Assembly (NCBI GenBank): GCA_001769295.1
Contig: MEOR01000081.1
Coordinates: 40,633-104,632, forward strand
From: Bacteroidetes bacterium GWF2_49_14
Lineage (GTDB): Bacteria > Bacteroidota > Bacteroidia > Bacteroidales > UBA12481
DNA length: 64,000 bases
Reading direction: 5' to 3'
The notes beneath the pieces are model-generated. The model ran no database searches. It saw nothing but the letters and a program-made list of their open reading frames with translations, and was not told where the DNA came from. This document shows, piece by piece, positions 51,342 through 61,365 of the stretch (position 1 is the stretch's first letter; each line of letters begins with the position of its first letter). Position numbers and translations under genes: made by a program.

Positions 51342-52604
51342 TTAGAACAGGATGCTGACCAGCAGCATGATATTCAGCGATGTGACGATAGCGCCAACTA
51401 AATATAGTGTAAATTTTGTGAGGGCCCTATTCTTGTATTTTCCCATTACCTTTTCTGATGATGTAAGGTAAACCTGCAAAAAAATCGTGATGGGCAGTTG
51501 AATGCTTAGCATCATCTGGGAAATTATCAGTCCATTAAACGGATTGGAAATAAGAAAAATAATAATTGTTGCCACAATCAGTGATACAATGACGCCTGTT
51601 CGTGTATGGTTATCCTTAATATCGTATGGTTCCTTGTAAAGACCGGCAAAAATAGTTCCGGCGGCCATTCCTGAAGTAATTGTTGAGGCGACGCCGGCAA
51701 ACAGGAGAGCTATGGCGAAAATTACCGAGGCCTGGCTGCCAAGCAATGGCTTTAAGGTTTCCTGCGCTTGTTGAAGTTCGGTTATCGGGATCTGGGTTCT
51801 AAAAAATGTGGTTGCTGCTAGAAGAATCATTGCACTGTTGATACCCCAACCAATGATCATGGAAAACAAAGTGTCAAATAGTTCAAAATCAAGCTGTTTC
51901 TTAATTACCTTATCGTCTTTCAGGTTCCACTGCCGGCTTTGGATAATCTCCGAATGGAGGAAAAGATTATGCGGCATCACCACCGCACCGAGAACACTCA
52001 TAATAATGATCATGGAGCCGTGGGGAAATGAAGGGGTGATCCAGCATCGTGCGGCTTCACCCCAATCAATGTTCACCAGGCTGAGTTCGTATATAAATGA
52101 GAGGCCGATAATGGATACAAAGGCGATAATCCATTTCTCGATTAATCGGTATGAATTGGTAATCAGCATAATAATAACAAAAGCAAGGACTAAAAGTGCT
52201 CCGGCTTTTATGGGGATATGAAAGAGCATATTAAGGGCAATGGCTCCGCCAAGGATTTCGGCCAGAGAGGTAGAAACAGATGCAAGCATTCCTGTTCCGA
52301 GGATTGACCTTGACCAGAAGGGTTTCAGATGCATGCTTGCGGCTTCGGACAGGCACAGTCCGGTGGCAATTCCGAGGTGGGCTACATTATGCTGGAGGAT
52401 AATCAGCATTACGGTGGATAGGGTAACCATCCAGAGCAGCTTATAGCCAAAATCAGCGCCGGCAGCCAGGTTTGAGGCCCAATTGCCAGGATCAATAAAG
52501 CCCACCGTTACCAATAATCCAGGGCCAATATATTTGAATATTTCCAGGCCACCGTAGCCCGGTTTATGCTCCTTGCTTTTCAGGTCTTGTAAAAACTTCA
52601 ACAT
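51342..52604 (-). CDS. mntH: Nramp-family divalent metal (Mn2+/Fe2+) transporter
   Basis: 420 aa. GPGLLVTVGFIDPGNWASNLAAG (DPGN motif) and VVMPHNLFLHSE. Confidence 0.85.
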   Translation of the reverse strand: MLKFLQDLKSKEHKPGYGGLEIFKYIGPGLLVTVGFIDPGNWASNLAAGADFGYKLLWMVTLSTVMLIILQHNVAHLGIATGLCLSEAASMHLKPFWSRSILGTGMLASVSTSLAEILGGAIALNMLFHIPIKAGALLVLAFVIIMLITNSYRLIEKWIIAFVSIIGLSFIYELSLVNIDWGEAARCWITPSFPHGSMIIIMSVLGAVVMPHNLFLHSEIIQSRQWNLKDDKVIKKQLDFELFDTLFSMIIGWGINSAMILLAATTFFRTQIPITELQQAQETLKPLLGSQASVIFAIALLFAGVASTITSGMAAGTIFAGLYKEPYDIKDNHTRTGVIVSLIVATIIIFLISNPFNGLIISQMMLSIQLPITIFLQVYLTSSEKVMGKYKNRALTKFTLYLVGAIVTSLNIMLLVSILF

Positions 52605-52836
52605 CGGGATTGATTCCTTTGCGCTTTCTTATCAGCGTATCAAAAATAACAAAATGAAAACGATAGAAAGACCAGGTTTTCTTAGGGTAGTCCATAAATT
52701 GGGGAGATATTCCAGATATCAGAAAACTGACTGCCGATTATATTTGGCTAAATCATTTAATGTCAATGGTTTAATACTTATTGGCATTTTTATTGCTATC
52801 TTTGTCAAGATAGTAGTAAGCTAATAAAATATTCGG

Positions 52837-53871
52837 ATGCGGGTAGGTTTTCATATGACTTTGATGCTGGTCCTTTTCCTGACAGGGTGCCAAAAGGAAA
52901 CACCAGATACCGGTTCCGGAACGGAAAATGAAGTGGTTTTCACCATTTATGATGGCCGGGGAACTTTAAAAAGCGGTTCAAATTGTGCGTTTGATGTTGA
53001 TTATGCCATGGTGATAATCAGTCATGTTGTTAAGAATAAGCGAGTTTATGAGAATTTCTTTACCGGTACATACCTTGAAAATGCTGTTTTATACACTTTT
53101 CCTCTGATACTGCCTAAACTACCAAAAAATCAGTATTACAGGGTGGAAGAGTGTCTCCTTTATGCCGATGAGGACAAGAGTCGCACCAACCCGACCGGCG
53201 ACCGGCTGGTCAGCGCAGCTCCGCATGAGGGTAGTAATTTCGGCAACAGAATTCCTGACCCTCTCAATGTGGAATTTGAAATAGATGCATTCAATAAAAC
53301 AGACGTGGGGTTGAGTGTTTTTTGCTTTAATGGGTCTGATCCGGCCGATTATGGATTTGTCTGGTTTCAGCCGACTGTTGTGGTTGTTAAGCAGAAATGG
53401 TTTTATGGCAGTTTTTATCCTGATAATTACCTTGACTATTCCGGTAGTTCGTATGATTTAGCAGGGGAACTGGCGGTTGATATGCCCGCCCTTTACAAGG
53501 TTCAGGTATATAGGGACAAAAATCTGGACAATACCTTCGCCAGTTCTGAGCTCCTTATTGAATATGGAAATGAGAAAGATTATCTTGCCGGGAAGATACA
53601 GCCGTTATCCGTTCAGTATGCCGATGGTCCTGATGCGAACGGACATTTTGAACTCCGGTTTCTTGCTTATTTACGGGTTGGCGGTTCATTTATCTACAAG
53701 GAGGTTGGATCGGTCTATTTTGAAGGAGATAATACCTTGATTTACAGGACCCCTGTTCTGGTCAGGAAGCCGGATTTTGATTCTGGCATTGATCCGGGTG
53801 ACGATAATATCTTTGAATTTGCAATCAGTAATTCCAATACCCAGAATTCTGATTTCAGATTTGGTACTTAA
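52837..53871 (+). CDS. Hypothetical lipoprotein
   Basis: 344 aa. MTLMLVLFLTGCQKE is a lipobox. No recognisable family. Confidence 0.4.
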   Translation: MRVGFHMTLMLVLFLTGCQKETPDTGSGTENEVVFTIYDGRGTLKSGSNCAFDVDYAMVIISHVVKNKRVYENFFTGTYLENAVLYTFPLILPKLPKNQYYRVEECLLYADEDKSRTNPTGDRLVSAAPHEGSNFGNRIPDPLNVEFEIDAFNKTDVGLSVFCFNGSDPADYGFVWFQPTVVVVKQKWFYGSFYPDNYLDYSGSSYDLAGELAVDMPALYKVQVYRDKNLDNTFASSELLIEYGNEKDYLAGKIQPLSVQYADGPDANGHFELRFLAYLRVGGSFIYKEVGSVYFEGDNTLIYRTPVLVRKPDFDSGIDPGDDNIFEFAISNSNTQNSDFRFGT

Positions 53872-53957
53872 ACATCCTTTTAACAGGAAGAACTCCGCTA
53901 CTTTCTTTTATTTTAGCGCTTGGCAATTTTATAGCAAACCTAAAGCGCTCAAATTCC

Positions 53958-54812
53958 ATGATTCTAATTTTGAAGGCAGTATTGGGGGTAATGACCAGTT
54001 TGTTCGGGATTTATTATCTCAGGGATGTATTTAAGAACCGCAGCAGTTTTTCGAATAAGCCCTGGCCTGGTTTGCTGACAACGGGGTTTGTGACCAATTT
54101 CTTTGACACCCTGGGTATTGGAAGTTTTGCGCAGCAGACGGCTATTTTCAAGATATTCAAGCTGGTTGATGACAGACTGATTCCTGGCACCATGAATGTA
54201 GGCAATACGTTAGCCACAGCTACACAAGCCTTTATATTCATGACAGCGGTCAAGGTTGATCCGTTAACCCTGGTTTCCATGTCTTTAGCCGCTCCGATCG
54301 GAGCCGTATTTGGGGCAGGAGTTGTGGCCAGGATGCCTCGGAGGGGGATTCAACTGGGGATGGGAATAGGGCTGCTTGTTGTTGCGATAATGATATTAGG
54401 CGGGCTTCTGGACCTGATCCCGCTGGGTGGCGAGGCTATTGGCCTGGAAGGATGGAAACTGGCAATAATTATTGTTATGTGTTTAGTTTTCGGAGCCTTG
54501 CAGACAATCGGAGTTGGTTTTTATGCCCCTTGCATGGCGATGGTATATTCCTTCGGTATGCATCCTGCAACCGCGTTCCCGATCATGATGACAGCCACGG
54601 CCATGCTAATGGTTGCCGGGGGAGGGCGGTTTATCAGGGAGCAGGCCTACGATCGGAAAGTTGCCATTTCATTATCCGTTGCCGGGGTTTCGGGTGTTTT
54701 TCTGGCTGCCTTTGTAGTTAAATCACTCCCGCTTGATGTGATGAAATGGCTGGTTTGCGTAGTTGTAATTTATACTTCTGTAACAATGTTCCTGTCAGCC
54801 AGGAAAAAATAG
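53958..54812 (+). CDS. TauE/SafE (DUF81) family membrane transporter
   Basis: 284 aa, about 8 TM segments. FVTNFFDTLGIGSFA and two-fold internal symmetry are typical of the family (tentative). Confidence 0.5.
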   Translation: MILILKAVLGVMTSLFGIYYLRDVFKNRSSFSNKPWPGLLTTGFVTNFFDTLGIGSFAQQTAIFKIFKLVDDRLIPGTMNVGNTLATATQAFIFMTAVKVDPLTLVSMSLAAPIGAVFGAGVVARMPRRGIQLGMGIGLLVVAIMILGGLLDLIPLGGEAIGLEGWKLAIIIVMCLVFGALQTIGVGFYAPCMAMVYSFGMHPATAFPIMMTATAMLMVAGGGRFIREQAYDRKVAISLSVAGVSGVFLAAFVVKSLPLDVMKWLVCVVVIYTSVTMFLSARKK

Positions 54813-54949
54813 TGTGAGTCGCCAGGCTTACCAATCCGTTGGTTAAGATAGTATACCAAGAGGCCAAAAAACTGGTTTCCATACCTTTTCTTATGCTCTA
54901 GATTTAGAATGGAAAATTTTGGGAATTTACATAACTAAATCTGAAATCC

Positions 54950-57900
54950 ATGAAGCAACGAGTAATTCTTGTTTTAATGATGGCGTTTTTGTCTTCAACT
55001 TTGTTCGGGCAAACACGTCAGCTAACCGGAACAGTGGTCTCTGGGGCTGATAGGCAGCCAGTTCCGGGTGTAGCGGTAGTGGTCAAAGGATCTAACTCCG
55101 GAACGACCACTGATGGCTCTGGTAAGTTTGTTCTGGCCATTCAGGGGCAGGCATCCAGCCTGGTGTTTTCTTCTGTCGGCTTTAAAAAACTGGAAATCCC
55201 CATCACATCATCCAACCAATATGATGTGACGATGGAGGTTGATGTAATGAATATTGATGAGGTTATTGTAACTGCCCTCGGAATTTCCCGTGAAAAGAAA
55301 ACACTGGGATACGCGGTTCAGGATATTAGTTCAGGCCAATTGACAGATGCCAGGGACAATAATATTGTTAACTCCTTGTCTGGTAAGATTGCCGGGGTTC
55401 AGGTAACCAGCGGAGGGAGTACGGTTGGAGCATCTTCGAGGTTAGTAATCAGGGGCAATAAATCCTTCAGCGGTAACGAACCCCTTTTCGTGATTGACGG
55501 AACTCCAATCTTCAACAATACAACGAACCTCGGCGGTGCCGGTGGTATTGACTGGGGTAACACTGCCGCAGATATTGATCCTAACAACATTGAAACAATG
55601 ACCGTTCTGAAGGGTGCCAATGCGGCAGCTCTTTATGGCAGCCGGGCGACCAACGGAGTAATCCTAATTACAACAAAAAAGGGAAAAGACGGTCGCAAAC
55701 TGGGCGTGGATTTTACCACCTCCATGTCCTTCGATAAAGTAGCCTATCTGCCTAAGCTCCAGAATGAATATGGTGGTGGATGGAATGGTGAAGAATATAT
55801 ATGGAAAAGGGATAATCCGGAGATGAGTTACCAGGATTATGCTAAATCCTATGCCTACAATTGGGTAGATGGTGGTGGCGGTGGTGTTAATGACAGTTGG
55901 CCGATAAACTGGGGACCCAGAATGGATGCAGGATTGCTTCTCGACCAATGGTCGACCGGGCCAAACAGTCCCTGGATTTCACGTCCGGATAATTATCGCA
56001 ATTATTTTCAGACCGGCATGAATGCTGAAAACAGCCTTTCAATTTCCGCCAACGGGGAAAAAGCTTTGGGGCGTTTGTCCTTTACCAATCTGGACACGAA
56101 AGGGATCATTGATTATACTGATCAATCTCAGCAAACATTAAACGGGAGCATAACCTTAAAGCCAACTGACCGGCTGACCTCGGTGACGAACATGACTTAC
56201 CTTAAAAAGGAGAGCAACAATATTCCGAATAACGGATATTCCGGGATTGGGGTAGATTTCGCATGGCTTCAGAGGGATTTTGATATGCTTTATGCCAAGC
56301 AGCTCTATAAAGATAAGGGCAATGATGATTTTATTTTCCCGGACGGAGACAATTTCTATTATACCCTAAGAAACAAAACCGGCTTTACCCGGGACAGAAT
56401 GTTTGGAAACACAAGTGTGGATTACAAAATCACGGATTGGATGTCGGTTATGGGTAGAGTGGGGATGGATTTTTACAATGAATACCGAAAGGATCTGACG
56501 CAATCGGGCACCCAGGGTAATATCAGCAGAAAAAGGGGAGGCCAGTTCAATCAGACCCAGTTCTATTATAACGAAACCAATGCGGACCTGATTCTGAAGT
56601 TTGACAAAACCTTTGGTGAAATACGACTGGATGGTCTCATCGGAGGCAACTACCGTAATGTAAAGGCGCAATCCATGTATATGGCTGCCGCCGATCTGAC
56701 GGTACCGGACCTCTATACCATCTCCAACGTCAAAGGAAACCCTACCGTTAGCATGTATACTGATGAAAAGGAGGTAAATAGTCTTTTCTTTGCGGCTAAC
56801 GGATCGTATAAAGATTTCTTGTTTATTGGTGTGACCGGGCGAAATGATTGGAGTTCGACTCTGCCAGCCGCCAACCGGTCTTATTTCTATCCATCTGTAA
56901 GCTTGGGATTTGATGTCACTGAGGCATTCAAACTGGAATCCAGTATACTTAGCTATGCCAAGCTGAGGGGCAGCTGGGCAAGGGTAGGGGGTGATGCAAG
57001 TGCATATCAATTAACAAATACCTACTCGGCCAGCACCTTTAATTCAATTTCCATGTTCAGTCCGGGTGCAACCTATCCACCTGCCAACCTGAAACCTCAA
57101 ATCACCTCGTCTTTTGAGTTTGGTGGTGATGTCCGGTTGTGGCAAAACAGGTTGTCGCTGGATATAACCTACTATGATCAGACCACCGTTAATCAGATTT
57201 TAAGGGTACCAACTTCATTGACAACCGGTTATAGTGCAATGCTTTATAATGCCGGGGAGATTGAGAACAGCGGGATTGAGATCATGGCAAACATCAAGGC
57301 AATTGATAAACCTGATGGTTTCTCGTGGGATCTAAGTTTCAACTGGGCCAGGAATAAGAGCATAGTGAATGAATTATATGGTGACCTTGAATCCTACCGT
57401 ATTTCCGGCGGATTTGGGGGTGCAACCACGGTAGGCGTACCTGGCCAACCCTGGGGTGTTATTTGGGGATTACCCTTTGTAAGAAATGATGAAGGAAAGG
57501 TTGTTGTCGGCAGTGATGGTATTCCGCTTACAACCAATGTGGGCAAAGCACTGGGAGATGTCACACCTGATTGGGTTGGAGGTATTCGTAACTCGTTTAA
57601 TTACAAGGGCTTAAATTTCAGTTTCCTGATTGACATGCGGAAAGGCGGGGATTTCTTCAGTTGTTCGGCCTGGCATGCTTATGCCACCGGCTCCTATGAG
57701 AATACCATCCAAAATAATGTCAGGGAGACTGGGCTGATAGTTGATGGCGTGAAAGAAGACGGCTCAGTCAATGATATCAGGGTTTCTGCACAGGATTATT
57801 ATGGTGGATCCTGGATGTGGAACAATCATGAGTACTCGATTCTGGACGGTTCCTATATAAAGCTAAGGGAAATTGTTCTTGGATATGACATTAATGTTGC

Positions 57901-58099
57901 CAAGTTTCCATGGCTCCAAAAGTTGAATATTTCATTGTACGGCAGGAACCTTGCGATACTATACCGTGACAAGAGTACCGCTGAACTCGGGATTGATCCG
58001 GAGGTTGGACTTGGAGGTGGTGACTTCGGTGTTGGATTTGAGAATTTCCAGATACCAACCACCAGGAGCTTTGGCATTAAATTGAGAGTAAGCTTCTAA
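54950..58099 (+). CDS. susC: SusC/RagA-family TonB-linked outer-membrane protein
   Basis: 1049 aa. Signal peptide, CarboxypepD_reg domain (LTGTVVSGADRQPVPGVAVVVKGSNSGTTTDGSGKF), TonB box/plug (IDEVIVTALGISREKK; NALYGSRATNGVILITTKKG), C-terminal barrel ending in F. Confidence 0.9.
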   Translation: MKQRVILVLMMAFLSSTLFGQTRQLTGTVVSGADRQPVPGVAVVVKGSNSGTTTDGSGKFVLAIQGQASSLVFSSVGFKKLEIPITSSNQYDVTMEVDVMNIDEVIVTALGISREKKTLGYAVQDISSGQLTDARDNNIVNSLSGKIAGVQVTSGGSTVGASSRLVIRGNKSFSGNEPLFVIDGTPIFNNTTNLGGAGGIDWGNTAADIDPNNIETMTVLKGANAAALYGSRATNGVILITTKKGKDGRKLGVDFTTSMSFDKVAYLPKLQNEYGGGWNGEEYIWKRDNPEMSYQDYAKSYAYNWVDGGGGGVNDSWPINWGPRMDAGLLLDQWSTGPNSPWISRPDNYRNYFQTGMNAENSLSISANGEKALGRLSFTNLDTKGIIDYTDQSQQTLNGSITLKPTDRLTSVTNMTYLKKESNNIPNNGYSGIGVDFAWLQRDFDMLYAKQLYKDKGNDDFIFPDGDNFYYTLRNKTGFTRDRMFGNTSVDYKITDWMSVMGRVGMDFYNEYRKDLTQSGTQGNISRKRGGQFNQTQFYYNETNADLILKFDKTFGEIRLDGLIGGNYRNVKAQSMYMAAADLTVPDLYTISNVKGNPTVSMYTDEKEVNSLFFAANGSYKDFLFIGVTGRNDWSSTLPAANRSYFYPSVSLGFDVTEAFKLESSILSYAKLRGSWARVGGDASAYQLTNTYSASTFNSISMFSPGATYPPANLKPQITSSFEFGGDVRLWQNRLSLDITYYDQTTVNQILRVPTSLTTGYSAMLYNAGEIENSGIEIMANIKAIDKPDGFSWDLSFNWARNKSIVNELYGDLESYRISGGFGGATTVGVPGQPWGVIWGLPFVRNDEGKVVVGSDGIPLTTNVGKALGDVTPDWVGGIRNSFNYKGLNFSFLIDMRKGGDFFSCSAWHAYATGSYENTIQNNVRETGLIVDGVKEDGSVNDIRVSAQDYYGGSWMWNNHEYSILDGSYIKLREIVLGYDINVAKFPWLQKLNISLYGRNLAILYRDKSTAELGIDPEVGLGGGDFGVGFENFQIPTTRSFGIKLRVSF

Positions 58100-58110
58100 T
58101 AACGCTCAAA

Positions 58111-59598
58111 ATGAAGAAAACTATGAAAACGATAATCAAAATAAAGTTCCTGATACTGGCTTCAGTATTGATGATCTCGAATTCTTGCACAAAGAATTTT
58201 GACGAGATGAACACAAATCCTAATTCGCCCACAACAGTTCCGGCCACCAATGTCTTTTTGCGCGCCACCAATTCGCTGATTGGAACCTTGCTGGGGGAAA
58301 GGCTCGACGTATATTATGCGGGTTCCTATGCTGGGCAAACCGCTGCTATCGGATTCGGAGATTATGAATACCGCGTTGATATCAACAACAGTATGTGGAG
58401 GAGCATGTATACCGCAATGACTTATTTTGTTGATGCAGCCCGTTTGGCACAACTTGAGGAGAACACAAACCTGTATGCTGCTGCTTTAATGATGAAGGCT
58501 TATACGGCTCACCAGACGACAGATATGTGGGGAAAAATTCCCTATTCTGAAGCTTTCAAAATGGCAGATGAGATTATTTATCCGAAATATGATTCCCAGC
58601 AGGAGGTGTATGCCGCCATCCTGGCGGAACTTAAGGAGGCTGCCGATTTGCTGAACAATGGCACGGGTAGCATGGGCGCAGGTGATTGGATGTTTAATGG
58701 TGACATAACCAAATGGAAAAAGTTCTGCAATTCAACCCGGCTCAGAGTTGCCATGCGGATGTCAATGGTTGATGAATCCGGGGCTAAAGCCGTAATAGCT
58801 GAGATTCTGAATAATCCATCCACTTATCCGATCATGACTGACAATGCAGATAATGCCTATTTTGTATGGCCAGGTATCAGTCCTGATCAGGAGCTCTGGT
58901 TCAAACGAATGGGGGTAGTCAGTGGTCCGAAAAAGGATCAGTACCGCACAAACAGTGTTCTGGTAAATGTACTTAAGGACCATAATGATCCAAGGCTTCC
59001 TGTGTATGTTGATAAAAACAAATATGGCGCCTACAACGGTTACCGATTCTATTACGGTCAGACAAAAGACAGCCTGAATAATGGGAACAATGTTTCACAC
59101 ATCGGCGACCGGTTTGGCAACGATCCAAAGGGATTCTCGCCACTAATGAACAGTGCTGAGGTTCATTTCATTCTGGCTGAAGCTATTGAACGCAATTTTA
59201 TCACTGGAAATGCACAGGCCGAATATGAAACCGGGATAACCCGCTCCCTGGAAGAAAATAAAATCGGAGCCGATGCCATTTCAGCGTTTCTGACTCAACC
59301 GGGTGTGGCCTGGGGTAGCGGTACCTCAACAAACCTTTACAAGATTGGTTTGCAGAAATGGATCTCCCTGTTCAAGCAAAGTGTTGAAGCGTGGTCAGAA
59401 AGTCGCCGCACGGATATTCCGCTCATGGACCAGAACGTGTCGGAAAACTATGCACTCAAACATAACAGGCCTCCTTTCCGAATGGCTTATGCCGACGAGG
59501 AAAAATCCCTGAATACAAGCTTCCCGCTGGATGTTGTGGAGGATGATATCTTCTATGGAACACAAATGTGGTGGGATACCCGAAAAGGAATTCACTGA
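58111..59598 (+). CDS. susD: SusD/RagB-family nutrient-binding lipoprotein
   Basis: 495 aa. Lipobox LMISNSCT, 11 nt after susC. TPR-like helical core typical of SusD-like proteins. Confidence 0.85.
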   Translation: MKKTMKTIIKIKFLILASVLMISNSCTKNFDEMNTNPNSPTTVPATNVFLRATNSLIGTLLGERLDVYYAGSYAGQTAAIGFGDYEYRVDINNSMWRSMYTAMTYFVDAARLAQLEENTNLYAAALMMKAYTAHQTTDMWGKIPYSEAFKMADEIIYPKYDSQQEVYAAILAELKEAADLLNNGTGSMGAGDWMFNGDITKWKKFCNSTRLRVAMRMSMVDESGAKAVIAEILNNPSTYPIMTDNADNAYFVWPGISPDQELWFKRMGVVSGPKKDQYRTNSVLVNVLKDHNDPRLPVYVDKNKYGAYNGYRFYYGQTKDSLNNGNNVSHIGDRFGNDPKGFSPLMNSAEVHFILAEAIERNFITGNAQAEYETGITRSLEENKIGADAISAFLTQPGVAWGSGTSTNLYKIGLQKWISLFKQSVEAWSESRRTDIPLMDQNVSENYALKHNRPPFRMAYADEEKSLNTSFPLDVVEDDIFYGTQMWWDTRKGIH

Positions 59599-59633
59599 TG
59601 TTTAGGTTAAGGTTAATTTGAATTATGATCGGG

Positions 59634-59670
59634 GAAACAGGTGGACTTGTCCACCTGTTTCTTATTTTTA
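59634..59670 (+). terminator. Rho-independent terminator after susD
   Basis: Perfect 12-bp stem gaaacaggtgga / cttg / tccacctgtttc, followed by ttattttta. Confidence 0.75.
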
Positions 59671-59708
59671 AACAACGAAGTACCTGGCCTATCTAATTCG
59701 GAAAAGCT

Positions 59709-61355
59709 ATGCATGCAACATTGAGTTTGGTGGATTCAATTATAATTCTGGTTTACCTGATTGGTATTCTGGTGGTGGGAGTACTATCCGTTCGGTGGAA
59801 AAAATTGACCAGTGATGGATATTTCCTCGCCAACCGGGGCTTGAAATGGCCCGTAATCGGGGCCGCACTGTTTGCATCCAACATCTCAACCATACATTTG
59901 GTGGGATTGGCCGCATCGGGCTATAATGAAGGGCTGGTGTGGGGGAATTTTGAATGGCTTGCTGCAGTGACCCTGATACTCCTTGGTTTGGTGTTTGCTC
60001 CTTTCTATTTCAAGAGCCGAATTGCCACACTGCCCGAATTTCTGGAAAAGCGCTATGGTCCGGGCTCCAGAACGGTACTTGCCTTCATCGGACTGCTCGG
60101 TGCACTTTTCGTTCATATAGGAATGAGTCTTTATGCCGGAGCCGTTGTGTTTGAAACGTTTTTTGGCATTGATGTGATAACTTCGATTGTTGTTATTTCT
60201 CTGGTTACAACCATTTACACAGTGATTGGCGGATTGAAAGCCGTCGTTGTGACGGAAACCATCCAGACGGTGATTCTGATCGGAGGTTCGGTTTTGTTGA
60301 CAGGAATTGCCATTTTTGCTTTGCCTGACAATGGGGTTCACACGCTTGCCGAACTAAAGGCAGTCCTCAAACCAGGTCAGCTGAGCATCCTGCACACAAA
60401 GGAAAGCCTGACTGCCCTTGGTGAAGGGGGATTTGAATCCGGTCTGACCTGGTACGCCTGTTTTCTCGGTTATCCGATTCTCGGCCTATGGTACTGGTGT
60501 TCCGATCAGACTATTGTCCAAAGGGTATTGGGCGCCAAAACCCAGAATGACGCACAGCTGGGGCCGATTTTTGCAGGGTTTCTGAAAATCCTGCCGGTTT
60601 TCATTCTGGTTCTTCCAGGGGTATTCGCTTATGTCCTGTTCAGAGACGTCATCGGTACCGATGCCAATCAGGCCTTTCCAGTCCTGGTCAATAAACTGCT
60701 CCCGGTCGGTCTGAAAGGGGTGATGGCGGCAGCCATGCTAGCCGCCCTTATGAGCACCATTGCAGCCGCACTTAACAGCTCTGCCACCCTGGTGGCCGTT
60801 GATATTGTAAAACGTCTCAATCCGGCAACCACAGACAGAAAGCAGATAAGGGTAGGCCGGATTGCGGCGGTAGTTGTGATGGTGCTGGCCATGCTCTGGT
60901 CGACACAGGGAGACAAGTTTTCCAGCATATTTGAGGCGATCAACAAAATCGCCGCAGCTATCGCTCCTCCTGTTGCCACTGTTTTGCTCTTTGGTGTCTT
61001 CTCAAAAAGAGGCACCCGGCAGGCCGGATTGATTACCCTGATTGCCGGCCTGGTTTTGGGTATTGGTTTCTTTTGTATCGATTTTGCACCGATCAGCGGA
61101 TATATGTACCTGACCAAGGGCTTGCATATTCCATTCATGGTACAGGCCTGGTGGCTGTTCGTCATTTGCACGGTCATCTATTTTATTGTCAGTTACCTGA
61201 CTCCAAAGCCGGATCCTGAAGTGATTAAAAAGTACACCTGGGAAAACCCGCTTGCAGTGGTTGCCAAAGGGAAATTTGAAGGCATCCGGGATCCCCGGCT
61301 TTGGGCCGGCGTTTTGATTTTTGCATTAGTATGTTTATACAGCATTTTTTCATAA
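59709..61355 (+). CDS. Sodium:solute symporter (SSF/SGLT-like)
   Basis: 548 aa, about 14 TM segments. YFLANRGLKWPVIGAALFASNIST and GGLKAVVVTETIQTVILIGG are typical SSF motifs. Confidence 0.85.
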   Translation: MHATLSLVDSIIILVYLIGILVVGVLSVRWKKLTSDGYFLANRGLKWPVIGAALFASNISTIHLVGLAASGYNEGLVWGNFEWLAAVTLILLGLVFAPFYFKSRIATLPEFLEKRYGPGSRTVLAFIGLLGALFVHIGMSLYAGAVVFETFFGIDVITSIVVISLVTTIYTVIGGLKAVVVTETIQTVILIGGSVLLTGIAIFALPDNGVHTLAELKAVLKPGQLSILHTKESLTALGEGGFESGLTWYACFLGYPILGLWYWCSDQTIVQRVLGAKTQNDAQLGPIFAGFLKILPVFILVLPGVFAYVLFRDVIGTDANQAFPVLVNKLLPVGLKGVMAAAMLAALMSTIAAALNSSATLVAVDIVKRLNPATTDRKQIRVGRIAAVVVMVLAMLWSTQGDKFSSIFEAINKIAAAIAPPVATVLLFGVFSKRGTRQAGLITLIAGLVLGIGFFCIDFAPISGYMYLTKGLHIPFMVQAWWLFVICTVIYFIVSYLTPKPDPEVIKKYTWENPLAVVAKGKFEGIRDPRLWAGVLIFALVCLYSIFS

Positions 61356-61365
61356 TCAGATTATT

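Noticed and set aside
56366-57010. 214-aa minus-strand ORF
   Set aside because: It is antisense and wholly internal to the well-supported SusC gene, with no recognisable motifs. The same reasoning applies to antisense ORFs at 49439..49960, 44440..44850, 51808..52221, 32869..33282, 20907..21329, 21846..22178, 59886..60341 and 60668..61177.
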